Program-made: the position numbers and the translations under genes
Assembly (NCBI GenBank): GCA_947627815.1
Contig: CANQXN010000003.1
Location: forward strand, 1 to 41,072
From: an uncultured Clostridia bacterium
GTDB lineage: Bacteria; Bacillota; Clostridia; Oscillospirales; CAG-272
Length of the DNA: 41,072 nt
Reading direction: 5' to 3'
Shown: positions 29,101-37,375 of the stretch, in pieces
Layout: every line of letters begins with the position of its first letter
Position numbering within the stretch: the first letter of the stretch is position 1
Notes under the pieces: generated by a model
What the model was told of the DNA's origin: nothing
The model's database searches: none
The model's input: the letters and a program-made list of their open reading frames with translations, nothing else

Positions 29101-29558
29101 ATCTCGACGGTGCAATAATAGGTAGAAGTGGATTGCAATGCTTGGCCGCCATAGGCGACGGAAGACGAGTCGGAAGATTCCACTTTGCCGCTATCCCAAA
29201 GAATATTTTCTTGTGTTGCCGCGCCGTTTTTATCAGAGGAAACAAGAATGCGATACGCGGTCTGTTTATTGTTATCCAGCGTGCTGTCAACAGTCCAACC
29301 AAAAGCCGGAGCGCTATCAATGCCCAGCGGTACTGTTGTCATATTGATTCTGACTGTTGGAATCGCAAGTATTTCGTCCATAGAACCTCCTGTTGAATCT
29401 GGCGTAGAGTTACTGCCCGGCACAGTAGAACCGGCATCGGCGCTGCTGCCCGGCGCTGTGGAAATATCCTGACCGCAAGCAGTGAGCAAAAGCCCCAACA
29501 GCACCAAAAGCGCCCATATCAAAGTCCAACGCTTTCCTGTCATCTGTCGTTTTTTCAT
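26187..29558 (-). CDS. Lipoprotein alpha-L-rhamnosidase family (GH78) glycoside hydrolase with extra N-terminal/CBM-like domains
   Basis: Lipobox LLTAC (Cys28) after a basic N-terminus. GH78 N-domain pattern (QTAYRILVSSD...LWDSGKVESSDS...STYYCTVEIWD). A (alpha/alpha)6-domain motif TDCPVWEKNGWLGD. ATG 29558 with an AAAGGAG RBS. Confidence 0.8.
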   Translation of the reverse strand: MKKRQMTGKRWTLIWALLVLLGLLLTACGQDISTAPGSSADAGSTVPGSNSTPDSTGGSMDEILAIPTVRINMTTVPLGIDSAPAFGWTVDSTLDNNKQTAYRILVSSDKNGAATQENILWDSGKVESSDSSSVAYGGQALQSTSTYYCTVEIWDAYGNTVKSEPIEFRTGIFAGDTWQGQWIGAPASDTAYDLNGAQWIWYSGRNNGASANGGLAAETVCFRYAFEPRAGKTIASAHFVFTADDYATLYVNGTTVLDIPNQTDIWKTGNVADITPALTAGSNLIALKVTNSSVGYAGLVGKLYLNYTDGTSETRTTNRTDWKAIQSIPADWNLPTYDDSTWRSPDQYVSYGSSPWDRQCVISNEGDRAAILLRKEFEAKKDVIEATVYMSGIGYSVLRINGKLADDCFLDPCNTQYNKTVLYRTLDVTSLLNAGATNALAVELGNGFYNEEGGVWNWGSATWKDSPKLLFWMVVRYADGSSESIVSDTSWKVTSDGPTTFNSIYYGEYYDARKEKTGWDMPGYDDSSWSQAVNAKKPTGKLECQLEDPVRRTEAFSPKQIKKLSDGSYVVYCPEMVAGWVKLTVRGASAGDQIVLTYSEKLNSNGSVQRLGGKDGVSNNWWPEFYIMTDRYTAKGEAIETFEPKFSYKGFQYIQIWNYPGELTVDDIVIYRTRNDVKTTGTFECSNDLLNQMHQMMVRTILNNLQGKPTDCPVWEKNGWLGDFNVALTSMNYNFDMSTVTENFIEIMESCFEQYGLVPPMVPTAGWNIGENYVWNTVYVFGVYDTYKVYGSLQYLKEQYATMKKYAAKVVANLRQNRWVCPDGQLGDWVSPMGTNPNAQYNENPSEGSGIVGTALVYQMLKDMSEIATMLGYDADATSYQDSMENIYEAFNTKFYNVKEGYYETTTWSQIGTRTRYRQSSNLLPLAVGLVPEENRQTVIDNLIKDIHAKNDHLDTGCVGTKFILPLLTDLGYTDLAYTIATQTTYPSWGFMIEKGSTSLWEMWEATSRSLDHYFLGTYEEWFYSHLAGIKNMDNGYETFTVQPYLPNDLTYVTCKVQTVRGEVESSWVKEADGTVTMTVKVPFGSTATVILPVGTTYSLNGTLLENGEALTLGSGSYTIVIR

Positions 29559-29652
29559 AAAAGCTCCTTTCTTTGAGAAGAATCTCTCAAAGTCAAAATG
29601 TGACCGGCGCCAGCACACTATCGCACTGTGCCGTAGGCATATATTCTATTTT

Positions 29653-29681
29653 ATTATACCATAAACAAGATGACAATTTAA
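29653..29681 (-). promoter_or_regulatory. Possible promoter of the GH78 gene: weak -35 TTAAAT, 17-bp spacer, TATAAT with TGG
   Basis: The reverse complement reads TTAAAT-17 nt-TATAAT. A weak -35 would fit activator dependence. The region is AT-rich, so a chance match is possible. Confidence 0.35.
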
Positions 29682-29760
29682 GTTTTATTTTTGTCAGAAA
29701 ACATGTCTTTTCTTGCCATAATGTAAAAAATATACAAAAAGCATTATGTATTTTTGTTCG

Positions 29761-29795
29761 TAAAGACAAAAGACCGCCTGCGTACTTGCGGTCTT
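29761..29795 (-). terminator. Intrinsic terminator after the SGNH hydrolase gene
   Basis: AAGACCGC (29770-29777) pairs with GCGGTCTT (29788-29795). On the minus strand it is followed by TTGTCTTTA. Confidence 0.6.
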
Positions 29796-29838
29796 CTGCC
29801 AAGGTCAAACTCGTTTTTTAGCACATCTTTGCCAAAAA

Positions 29839-31092
29839 TCATTGAACCTCTATCACTGACTTTTGCTGTATGGCGTCAATCATGGTCTGCAAAGAAGCCG
29901 CAAAAGCATTTGCCATTTCCATATGTCCCTGATTGTTTGGATGAAGTGTATCGGGATAAAGGTCTTTCATGCCGGATGTTACACTGCGCATATCAAACAA
30001 ATCAACGGTATATTCTTTCTCCTGCAATGTCGGCACAAGTTTTTTTACCAAGGAAACCACCCACATACTGGCAAAACCGTCGGCGCCAAAATATGTGGGG
30101 CATGTGCAAAGAACAAATCGCAGATCTTCATTTTTATCGTACATGGCTTTCACGAGCGCTTCACAGCTTTGATTAAAGCTTGCGTCATCCGCAGCGCTCC
30201 AACTTCTGTCCCGGTTGGAGTCATTGGTTCCCAACATGATTGTGATAATATCCAGATGAGCGGCATTATTCAAACAGGCTCTGTACTCTTCTGTCTTATT
30301 ATAGGCATCGGCAAGATCATTTCTCATGGTTTTTCCGCTGTTGCCATAATTGAACACAAGCGCGTCTTTCCAAAGATAGCGCGCTAATTGTGCAGGATAA
30401 GCAAAATACTTACTGTCAGTAGAGCCAACGCCCGCCGTAATGGAATCGCCGATACAGCCGATCCGAATCATATGGTGCTGTCCCTGATAGCAATACCCTT
30501 CTTTCATACGGAACACGGTAGAAAAATCAGAAAGCTCTTCGCCGATCAATTTTTCAAGGGCATCCAGCGAGTGCCATGTGGTACCGTATACATCGCCGCA
30601 AACAATCAATTTTCCATCCTGTACCACCAACTGATAACTGTCCTCGGCGAAAGTCATTGCCTGCGTTTGCGCGCGGTTCGTCATCCCAACTAAAATTTCT
30701 TTTTCAGTCTCGGCTGTGCTTTTGTCCTCTTTGACTTCAAGCCGAACGCCGATATAGTTATAAATCAAATCGGCAAGACGATTGGCTGTCTCTTCATTGA
30801 AATTATAGACCGGAAAATAAGGACGGAATTGCGCAATACGGGCGCGATTATAAAACTCGCTCTGGGCATAAATGATGGTATACTGGGCAATGTCATTTTC
30901 ACCGATCTGCCAGGAAGTCAACTTTTCCGGCGGCTCCTTCGGCGGCAAATCTTCGGATGATTCTTCCGATTGCGAATCTTCAAGCGTTCCCTCCGGCGGC
31001 GTCACTGTAGTTTCTGTTTCTCCACAGGCGGCAAGGCAAAGAGCCAGGGTCAAGAGAGCAAGTATAAGAATAAAAAAGCGGCTTTTTTTCAT
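29839..31092 (-). CDS. Lipoprotein SGNH/GDSL hydrolase (carbohydrate esterase-like) with an unknown roughly 190-aa N-terminal domain
   Basis: Lipobox LAAC (Cys23). SGNH blocks IGDSITAG, GTNDS and DTLHPNNQGH. AGGAG RBS. Confidence 0.8.
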   Translation of the reverse strand: MKKSRFFILILALLTLALCLAACGETETTVTPPEGTLEDSQSEESSEDLPPKEPPEKLTSWQIGENDIAQYTIIYAQSEFYNRARIAQFRPYFPVYNFNEETANRLADLIYNYIGVRLEVKEDKSTAETEKEILVGMTNRAQTQAMTFAEDSYQLVVQDGKLIVCGDVYGTTWHSLDALEKLIGEELSDFSTVFRMKEGYCYQGQHHMIRIGCIGDSITAGVGSTDSKYFAYPAQLARYLWKDALVFNYGNSGKTMRNDLADAYNKTEEYRACLNNAAHLDIITIMLGTNDSNRDRSWSAADDASFNQSCEALVKAMYDKNEDLRFVLCTCPTYFGADGFASMWVVSLVKKLVPTLQEKEYTVDLFDMRSVTSGMKDLYPDTLHPNNQGHMEMANAFAASLQTMIDAIQQKSVIEVQ

Positions 31093-31355
31093 TGTTCAAA
31101 TCTCCTGAAATATATGATCTTTTTTACTATTGGTCTTACCCGTCTTTTTTCTTGTTCATTGTTCAGCGGAACTCCAATGATTGGTATCTATGATATTTAA
31201 GGCATTCTTGCAAAACAAGGAAGCCTTTCCAATGCCGGATCGCGTCAAGGTATCAACGGTGTTCCGCCGATGCCGCCGATGCCGAAAACGGCAGCAAAAG
31301 CATGTTATTGTTTTTTCTGCGAATCGGCGCGCGGTTCTTGAAAAATGCGAAGCTG

Positions 31356-31835
31356 TCACGAAAAAAAGCCGTTCTCCAAAGCGTTTAACATGGCCACCCG
31401 TTTCTCGTGTCTGCCGTGTTCAAACGATGTGGAAATAAAGATTTCAACCAATTTAAGCGCTGTTGGAACATCGGTCACCCTGGCTCCTAAACAAAGTACA
31501 TTGGCATCGTTATGCCGCCGGGTCATTTCCGCGCAAAATTCATTATCGCAAAGCGCCGCCCGAATGCCTTTGTGCTTGTTGGCTGCTATGCTCATGCCGA
31601 TCCCGGTTCCGCATATCAAAATGCCGAGATCAGCTAAACCCTTTTGCAAATCTCCACAGACAAGATGAGCATATGCCGGATAGTCCACCGATTCGGTTCC
31701 TTCACATCCACGGTCAAATACCGTATACCCATGCTCCTTCAAAAAAGCCAACACCGCCTGCTTCATTTCAAAACCCGCATGGTCACAGGCAAGCGAGATC
31801 CTGTGGCGGGCATCCTTTTGATCCATTCCTTTCAC
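31356..31835 (-). CDS. rpiB: Ribose-5-phosphate isomerase B (RpiB/LacA/LacB family)
   Basis: ISLACDHAGFEMK...ILICGTGIGMSIAANKHKGIRAALC. GTG 31835 with AAGGA 7 nt upstream. ATG 31826 is the alternative. Confidence 0.88.
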   Translation of the reverse strand: MKGMDQKDARHRISLACDHAGFEMKQAVLAFLKEHGYTVFDRGCEGTESVDYPAYAHLVCGDLQKGLADLGILICGTGIGMSIAANKHKGIRAALCDNEFCAEMTRRHNDANVLCLGARVTDVPTALKLVEIFISTSFEHGRHEKRVAMLNALENGFFS

Positions 31836-31951
31836 CGTTCAATCCTTTTTGATGGTTTTTGGTTTGTAACATTAATTGCATTTGATTTTTCAAAGAATCG
31901 GATATCGAGCATTCCGCCTATTCGCCCGACAAAACAAATTCTCTTTTGGGT

Positions 31952-32656
31952 TTAAGTATCCATTTGATTCAAACGAGCCAGCCGCTCGCGTTCAGCCTGC
32001 GGCAAACGCAGATAAACAGGATGCAGATCCCTGTCACTTACAGCTTTTCCTTCGCAAAAAAGCCGATATCCTAATTGTGCGACAGCGCCGGCATTCTGAT
32101 CCCTTTTTTCCGGAGGTGTCGGCACAATGCAGGGCAATGACAAGGCTTGCCGAGCCAACTCATATCCGTCGCCGCACAACATGACCGGCCGATGGAAATG
32201 GGCAAGTTCATCAGAAAGTTCGGCAATCGATATGGCTCGGTCTGGGCAAAGTCGGCGAACCGTTTTATCCTGAACCTCAAAAAGCGCGTTATACAATTGA
32301 TTTCGCCTGGCATCCATAACCGGACAGGCGATCCCGCAAAAGGAGTCTTTCAGTTGAAAAGCCAATGCCTCCAAAGTGGAAACGCCGACACACGGTATTT
32401 TTCCGTAAGCCAATCCTTTGGCGGTCGCCACACCGATACGCACGCCGGTAAAAGAACCGGGACCGGCACTGACCGCCACGAGGCCGGTCTCTTCAAACGA
32501 ACGGTCGCACATCTGATAGAGCGATGCGACCAGCGGCATCAGGGTTTCACTATGTGTAAGCCCTTCATGCAGCGTCTGACAAAGAAGAACCTTTTCATCT
32601 TCGCACAACGCGGCAGAACATACCACGGCACTGGTATCTATGGCAAGAATCAGCAT
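31952..32656 (-). CDS. tsaB: tRNA t6A37 threonylcarbamoyltransferase complex dimerization subunit TsaB
   Basis: MLILAIDTSAVVCSAAL start, GPGSFTGVRIG motif. I chose ATG 32656 over TTG 32680. Confidence 0.85.
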   Translation of the reverse strand: MLILAIDTSAVVCSAALCEDEKVLLCQTLHEGLTHSETLMPLVASLYQMCDRSFEETGLVAVSAGPGSFTGVRIGVATAKGLAYGKIPCVGVSTLEALAFQLKDSFCGIACPVMDARRNQLYNALFEVQDKTVRRLCPDRAISIAELSDELAHFHRPVMLCGDGYELARQALSLPCIVPTPPEKRDQNAGAVAQLGYRLFCEGKAVSDRDLHPVYLRLPQAERERLARLNQMDT

Positions 32657-32663
32657 GTCTTTT

Positions 32664-33092
32664 TCACTTTCTTTTTTCAATCGTAATCAGCCGACTGTCT
32701 TTTGTCACTTTATCAATCGTTACCCTATAATAGCAAGCCGGCAAAGCAAACGGCACATTTTCACACCATTCGGCAACGATAACACAGTCGCGGTAATCGT
32801 AAAATCCAATTGACTCAAGATCTTCTTCCCCACGGATCCGATACATATCAAAGTGACAAAGCCGACCTTTTCCTTCTCCATACTCGTTTACAACGGTATA
32901 GGTAGGGCTGGACACCGTCCAGCCGGGCGCCAATACTGTGGCAAGACCCCGGACAAAAGCGGTTTTTCCGGCGCCAAGATCGCCATACATGGCCACAAAA
33001 TCCCCGGTTTTCAGCAAGGAACCCAAAAGCGCCCCTGCCGACACGGTTTCTTCTTCACTGTGAGATAATATTTTAAACAAGGTTTGTTTCAT
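32664..33092 (-). CDS. tsaE: tRNA t6A37 ATPase subunit TsaE
   Basis: P-loop GDLGAGKTAFVRG, SPTYTVVNEY and HFDMYR motifs. Confidence 0.9.
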   Translation of the reverse strand: MKQTLFKILSHSEEETVSAGALLGSLLKTGDFVAMYGDLGAGKTAFVRGLATVLAPGWTVSSPTYTVVNEYGEGKGRLCHFDMYRIRGEEDLESIGFYDYRDCVIVAEWCENVPFALPACYYRVTIDKVTKDSRLITIEKRK

Positions 33093-33115
33093 ATTTTTTC
33101 TTGCCCAGCCTGTTT

Positions 33116-34354
33116 TTATATCGGAGTATCTTCTTTTTGAAAATAATATTTACGATATTTTTTAAAGTGTGATAGATAATATCTCGTAATCCGATATACC
33201 CGTTTAACCGACCTGTCGCCCTTACAGAGGAGCGTAAACCAACAGTGATGGGAGAGCTGTTTGATTTCTTTTTTCAGAATAGGATTTTTCACATATTTAC
33301 GCAAGACTCGAAGCGGCACATTAGACCACATGGCACCGGCGGCCCCGCGATGAAAGTCCCGTTCGCGTCCGAACACCACATCTTCGATCATTTCTTCCAT
33401 CATATTGATGCCCGCCGCACGGACAAAAAAAGATGACCGCCCCAACCGAGGATTGATCTCAAACATCAGATATCGACCGGTTGCGGCATCATACTTCATG
33501 TCAAAATTTGAAAAACCGCGATATCCGATGGCATTAAGAAAAGAAGAAACTTTTTGACAAAGAGCTTCATCCTGTCTTGAAATAATAGCGGCATAATTAC
33601 CAAGCATGGAAGGCTCATATTCTTCCAACACCGGTTGGCCAAGGCATGAAACCCGAACCTTACCATCGGCGCCGGAATAGCAATTCATGACCCGCATGGC
33701 GTCATCTCCGCCTCGGATAAACTCCTGAATGATTAGCTTTCCGTGATAATTTGCCGCATTCAGAGCGGCCGCCACATGTAAATATTCCGCTTTACTTGTC
33801 AAGAAATAAACCTTTTTCTTTTCCTGAAAGTGCAGATGCAGATATTCATACGCATTGCTGTTTTCCGGTTTTACAACAATCGGAAAATCAAAGGGCAAAA
33901 AGTCGCAGGCCGTCATGCGATCCTGCGGTTCCACAATTACCGTTTTCGGATAATCCAGCCCAAATTCATCACAAAGCGCATAAAACCGATCCTTGGTTTC
34001 AAAGCGTTCCAGCAAAGACGCCGACGGAAAAGGATTCGCTACCAGCCCTTGAAATGCCTGCCCATGTTTCACCATGAGGCCGGTGTAATAGTCAGAGCAT
34101 GTGACAACAACGAGTTTTTCATAAACGGTGCTTTTTTCTTTGAGAATTGACAACAGCGAGGGGACAAAAACATCATCTCGATCGAAATGATCAATCACCC
34201 GATAATCAAACAGTTTGCTGTGCATGGTTGGAATCAAGAGCCGCCTGCAAACGAGCAAGGGGCGCACCTGATATTTTTCGCATATCAAACGGACACAGCC
34301 ATATGCATTTTCATCACTGCCGAGAACAATCGGCAAAAAAGGCTTTTTTTCCAT
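33116..34354 (-). CDS. ATP-grasp carboxylate-amine ligase, D-aspartate-ligase (Asl)-like
   Basis: 412 aa. N-terminal IVLGSDENAYG and core FEINPRLGRSSFF / GFSNFDMKYD match my recollection of the Asl branch of ATP-grasp enzymes. GAGGAG RBS. It lies immediately downstream of murE. Confidence 0.6.
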   Translation of the reverse strand: MEKKPFLPIVLGSDENAYGCVRLICEKYQVRPLLVCRRLLIPTMHSKLFDYRVIDHFDRDDVFVPSLLSILKEKSTVYEKLVVVTCSDYYTGLMVKHGQAFQGLVANPFPSASLLERFETKDRFYALCDEFGLDYPKTVIVEPQDRMTACDFLPFDFPIVVKPENSNAYEYLHLHFQEKKKVYFLTSKAEYLHVAAALNAANYHGKLIIQEFIRGGDDAMRVMNCYSGADGKVRVSCLGQPVLEEYEPSMLGNYAAIISRQDEALCQKVSSFLNAIGYRGFSNFDMKYDAATGRYLMFEINPRLGRSSFFVRAAGINMMEEMIEDVVFGRERDFHRGAAGAMWSNVPLRVLRKYVKNPILKKEIKQLSHHCWFTLLCKGDRSVKRVYRITRYYLSHFKKYRKYYFQKEDTPI

Positions 34355-34439
34355 ATATTACTCCTCGTACCGCCATCAAAAACACTGACCGTACTGCTGA
34401 TGATTCAAACGATCCCGATCGTTACAAAAGAATCGGGGA

Positions 34440-35963
34440 TCAGACGCGTTTTAAAAGCGTTCTAATTTCATACTGCTCAATACCTTGTCTGACATAGAAG
34501 CCGTCTGTTTCGTATGGCGCTTCGCCATTTTCCCGCTTTTGTGTTTTTTCTACTCCCTTACCGCAGATCAGAATCACACCGCCGTCCGGCAGGGATTCAA
34601 ACGCACGATGAATGGCTTTCCCTCGATCATATATGATCTCGCAGGCCGTTCCGCTGGAACTGACATAACCGGCAATTTCGGCACAAATCTCTGTCAACGG
34701 TTCCGGGCCGGGATCGTCTTCTGTAATAATCACTTTATCAGCATATCCGCCGGCCAAAAGCCCCATATCCCGTCGTCTGTTGCGCGCTTTTCCGCCGGGG
34801 CAGCCAAATACTATAATAACGGATTGTTCCGGATATTCCGCTGCCACAAAATTCAAAAGAGCTTCCATACTCATTTTATTGTGAGCATAGTCAACAATCG
34901 CGTGGATTTTGTCGTCGCGGGTTGCATAAGTAATGCCGCGTCCGGGAACCACCGTAGAGGCTAAACCCTCCGCAATACTGACATAAGAGATCCCGCAGAT
35001 TTTGGATATAGCAACGGCGGCCAACGCGTTTTCTATGTTATATTGCCCGGCAAGCCCGATCATGTAGCGTTCTTCTTTTCCTTGGAATCTGACAGCAAAT
35101 CGTGTCCCATCGGAACAGCGTTTGTAGTCTGAACAAAAAACATTGTCCTTTGGGGAAAAACCAAAGGTAACAACACGGCATCTTGCCGCTTTTGCCGCCG
35201 CTCGAATCCGAGAGAAACATGCCGTACGGCTATTGATACATGCAACATCGCTTTGAGAAAAAATTTTTAGTTTTGAAGATAAATAATCTTCAAAATCCTT
35301 ATGCTCCACCTCGCTGATATGATCTTCTCCGATATTCAAAAACGCCGCAACATCAAAATGAATGCCGTCCGTTCGCCGATATTTCAACGCCTGACTGGAA
35401 ACCTCACAGACGGCGTATCGAAACTGATTGGCACTGGCGTTGGCCAGATGCCGCCAAAGATCGAACGCCTCCGGCGTAGACAAGTGCGCCGAGCCTTGCT
35501 CTGTCCCATCATAGATTTCTAAAGACGATAAAATAGCCGAACGGCACGCCCAACGATGGCGGCTTTCATAATCCAAAATCGAGTGGAGAAAAGAGCATAC
35601 CGTCGTCTTGCCCTTGGTCCCTGTAACACCGATCTTCACCAGTTCTTCTACAGTCTTTCCATAAAAAGCGCGGGCAATCACCGCCATCGCGGCACGAATA
35701 TCTTTGACAAGAAGATGCGGAAAGGACGGAATGTAGGCGATCTCAGAGACATAGAGCAAAACGCCGCCGTCTATCGCCGCCTCAAGATAACTGAGACGAA
35801 ACGCCGCTCCTTTACAAACAAAAAGTCCTCCCGGTGTTATTTTTCGATTATCGTACGAAACTCCGGCGATACAGGCGTTTTCTCCGCAGGCTTGAGATTG
35901 ATCTATAGTCAGAAGATCCTGTTTCTTCAGTGCCGTTATGATATCTTTCAACATACACGACAT
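34440..35963 (-). CDS. murE: UDP-MurNAc-L-Ala-D-Glu:diamino-acid ligase MurE (non-DNPR type)
   Basis: YDNRKITPGGLFVCKG, P-loop GVTGTKGKTT and DYAHN. The position of the DNPR motif reads EDDPG (codons at 34707-34721). Confidence 0.85.
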   Translation of the reverse strand: MSCMLKDIITALKKQDLLTIDQSQACGENACIAGVSYDNRKITPGGLFVCKGAAFRLSYLEAAIDGGVLLYVSEIAYIPSFPHLLVKDIRAAMAVIARAFYGKTVEELVKIGVTGTKGKTTVCSFLHSILDYESRHRWACRSAILSSLEIYDGTEQGSAHLSTPEAFDLWRHLANASANQFRYAVCEVSSQALKYRRTDGIHFDVAAFLNIGEDHISEVEHKDFEDYLSSKLKIFSQSDVACINSRTACFSRIRAAAKAARCRVVTFGFSPKDNVFCSDYKRCSDGTRFAVRFQGKEERYMIGLAGQYNIENALAAVAISKICGISYVSIAEGLASTVVPGRGITYATRDDKIHAIVDYAHNKMSMEALLNFVAAEYPEQSVIIVFGCPGGKARNRRRDMGLLAGGYADKVIITEDDPGPEPLTEICAEIAGYVSSSGTACEIIYDRGKAIHRAFESLPDGGVILICGKGVEKTQKRENGEAPYETDGFYVRQGIEQYEIRTLLKRV

Positions 35964-35989
35964 AACGCATACGCCCCCAGCGGAAATTT

Positions 35990-37375
35990 TTACCTGACAA
36001 AAATTTTCATGGCATCAAAAATACTTTTTACCGGGATATAGGAAATGCCATCTAAAAGATCTCCCGCTTTTTTCAGGTGATCATAATTTTTATAAGGGAG
36101 AACAATTTTGGAAAAGCCAAGCTTCTGTGCTTCGCGAATGCGCAAAAGCGCCGCGTCCACACCACGGCATTCCCCGGCAAGACCCACTTCCCCAAAGGCC
36201 AACAGACCGTCATCCAAGGGGATATCTTTGATACTAGAGATCAAAGAAAGCGCCATGGGAAGATCCGCCGCAGGTTCATCGGGTCGAATACCGCCGATCA
36301 CATTGACATAAGTATCCGCCGTTGAAAAGCGCAAATTTAGCCGTTTTTCAAGAACCGCCAGCATCAAGCACATGCGGTTATAATCCACACCGTCACTGGT
36401 TCGTTTAGGTGAAGGATAGACAGTCTCGGCGGTCAGCGCCTGAATCTCGGTCACAAGCGGCCGCGTTCCTTCCATAAGGCAAAGCGCACAGGTGCCGGAA
36501 ACGCCTTTGGGTCGATCGGCCAGAAAAATTTCCGACGGGTTGTCCACCTCACAAAGTCCTTTATCGGTCATCTCAAAGACGCCGATCTCGTTCGTAGCCC
36601 CGTACCTGTTTTTTGAAGCGCGAATCACCCGAAAAGACTGCTGGCGCTCCCCTTCAAAATTGATGACCGCATCCACCATATGTTCCAGCACTTTGGGTCC
36701 CGCGATGCTTCCCTCTTTATTGACATGCCCTACAATCAAGACCGATACGCCGTAATTCTTGGCTAGCGCAATAAATTTCATGGCCGATTCTTTCACCTGG
36801 GTTACGCTCCCGGGAGAGGAAGTGACCGCTTCACAATACATGGTCTGTACCGAATCGATAATAATGTAGGCGGGCTTAATCCGTTCACATTCCGCAAGAA
36901 TTGCCTCGACCGATGTTTCTGTCATAATGTAAAGACCGGCGCTGTTTACGCCAAGCCGTTGAGCGCGGTATTTCAGTTGTCCGCCCGATTCTTCACCGGA
37001 TACATACAGCACGGTTTTTTTCTGCCCCAAAACGCCGGACATCTGCATGAGCAGTGTACTTTTTCCAATACCCGGCTCTCCGGCAATCAGCAGAACGGAG
37101 CCTTCCACAATACCGCCGCCCAGTACCCGGTCCAATTCTTTCATGCCACAGCAAGAACGCATATAGGCCGGCATTTGCAAATCCCGATAAAGAACGGCAT
37201 GTCGACCGTTTTCGTCGCCGGCGCGCAATAAAATTCTGCCATCCGACTTTTTTTCAGGCTCTGCCGCTTCCTGTTCTTCCATCGTTTCCCAGGCGCCGCA
37301 GGAAGGACATCTGCCATAGTATTTAGCCGATCGATAAGAACAGGCAGAACAGACAAAAAACGATTTCGACTTCAT
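35990..37375 (-). CDS. radA: DNA repair protein RadA/Sms
   Basis: N-terminal zinc finger CSACSYRSAKYYGRCPSCGAW, Walker A GEPGIGKST, KNRYG motif and a Lon-like C-terminal domain. Confidence 0.95.
   Translation of the reverse strand: MKSKSFFVCSACSYRSAKYYGRCPSCGAWETMEEQEAAEPEKKSDGRILLRAGDENGRHAVLYRDLQMPAYMRSCCGMKELDRVLGGGIVEGSVLLIAGEPGIGKSTLLMQMSGVLGQKKTVLYVSGEESGGQLKYRAQRLGVNSAGLYIMTETSVEAILAECERIKPAYIIIDSVQTMYCEAVTSSPGSVTQVKESAMKFIALAKNYGVSVLIVGHVNKEGSIAGPKVLEHMVDAVINFEGERQQSFRVIRASKNRYGATNEIGVFEMTDKGLCEVDNPSEIFLADRPKGVSGTCALCLMEGTRPLVTEIQALTAETVYPSPKRTSDGVDYNRMCLMLAVLEKRLNLRFSTADTYVNVIGGIRPDEPAADLPMALSLISSIKDIPLDDGLLAFGEVGLAGECRGVDAALLRIREAQKLGFSKIVLPYKNYDHLKKAGDLLDGISYIPVKSIFDAMKIFVR

Noticed and set aside
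29671-29748. AT-rich inverted repeats upstream of the GH78 gene as a defined operator.
   Set aside because: They are mentioned within the locus finding only. The half-sites are 6-7 bp in a very AT-rich stretch, so chance occurrence is likely, and AraC-type proteins more often use direct repeats.
31264-31281. Tandem duplication CCGCCGATG x2 in the rpiB-SGNH intergenic region, plus the Arg-rich 67-aa ORF at 31156-31359.
   Set aside because: Two copies of a 9-mer are too short to call a repeat element or CRISPR. The ORF starts at a GTG overlapping the rpiB stop, has no RBS, and has an implausible composition.
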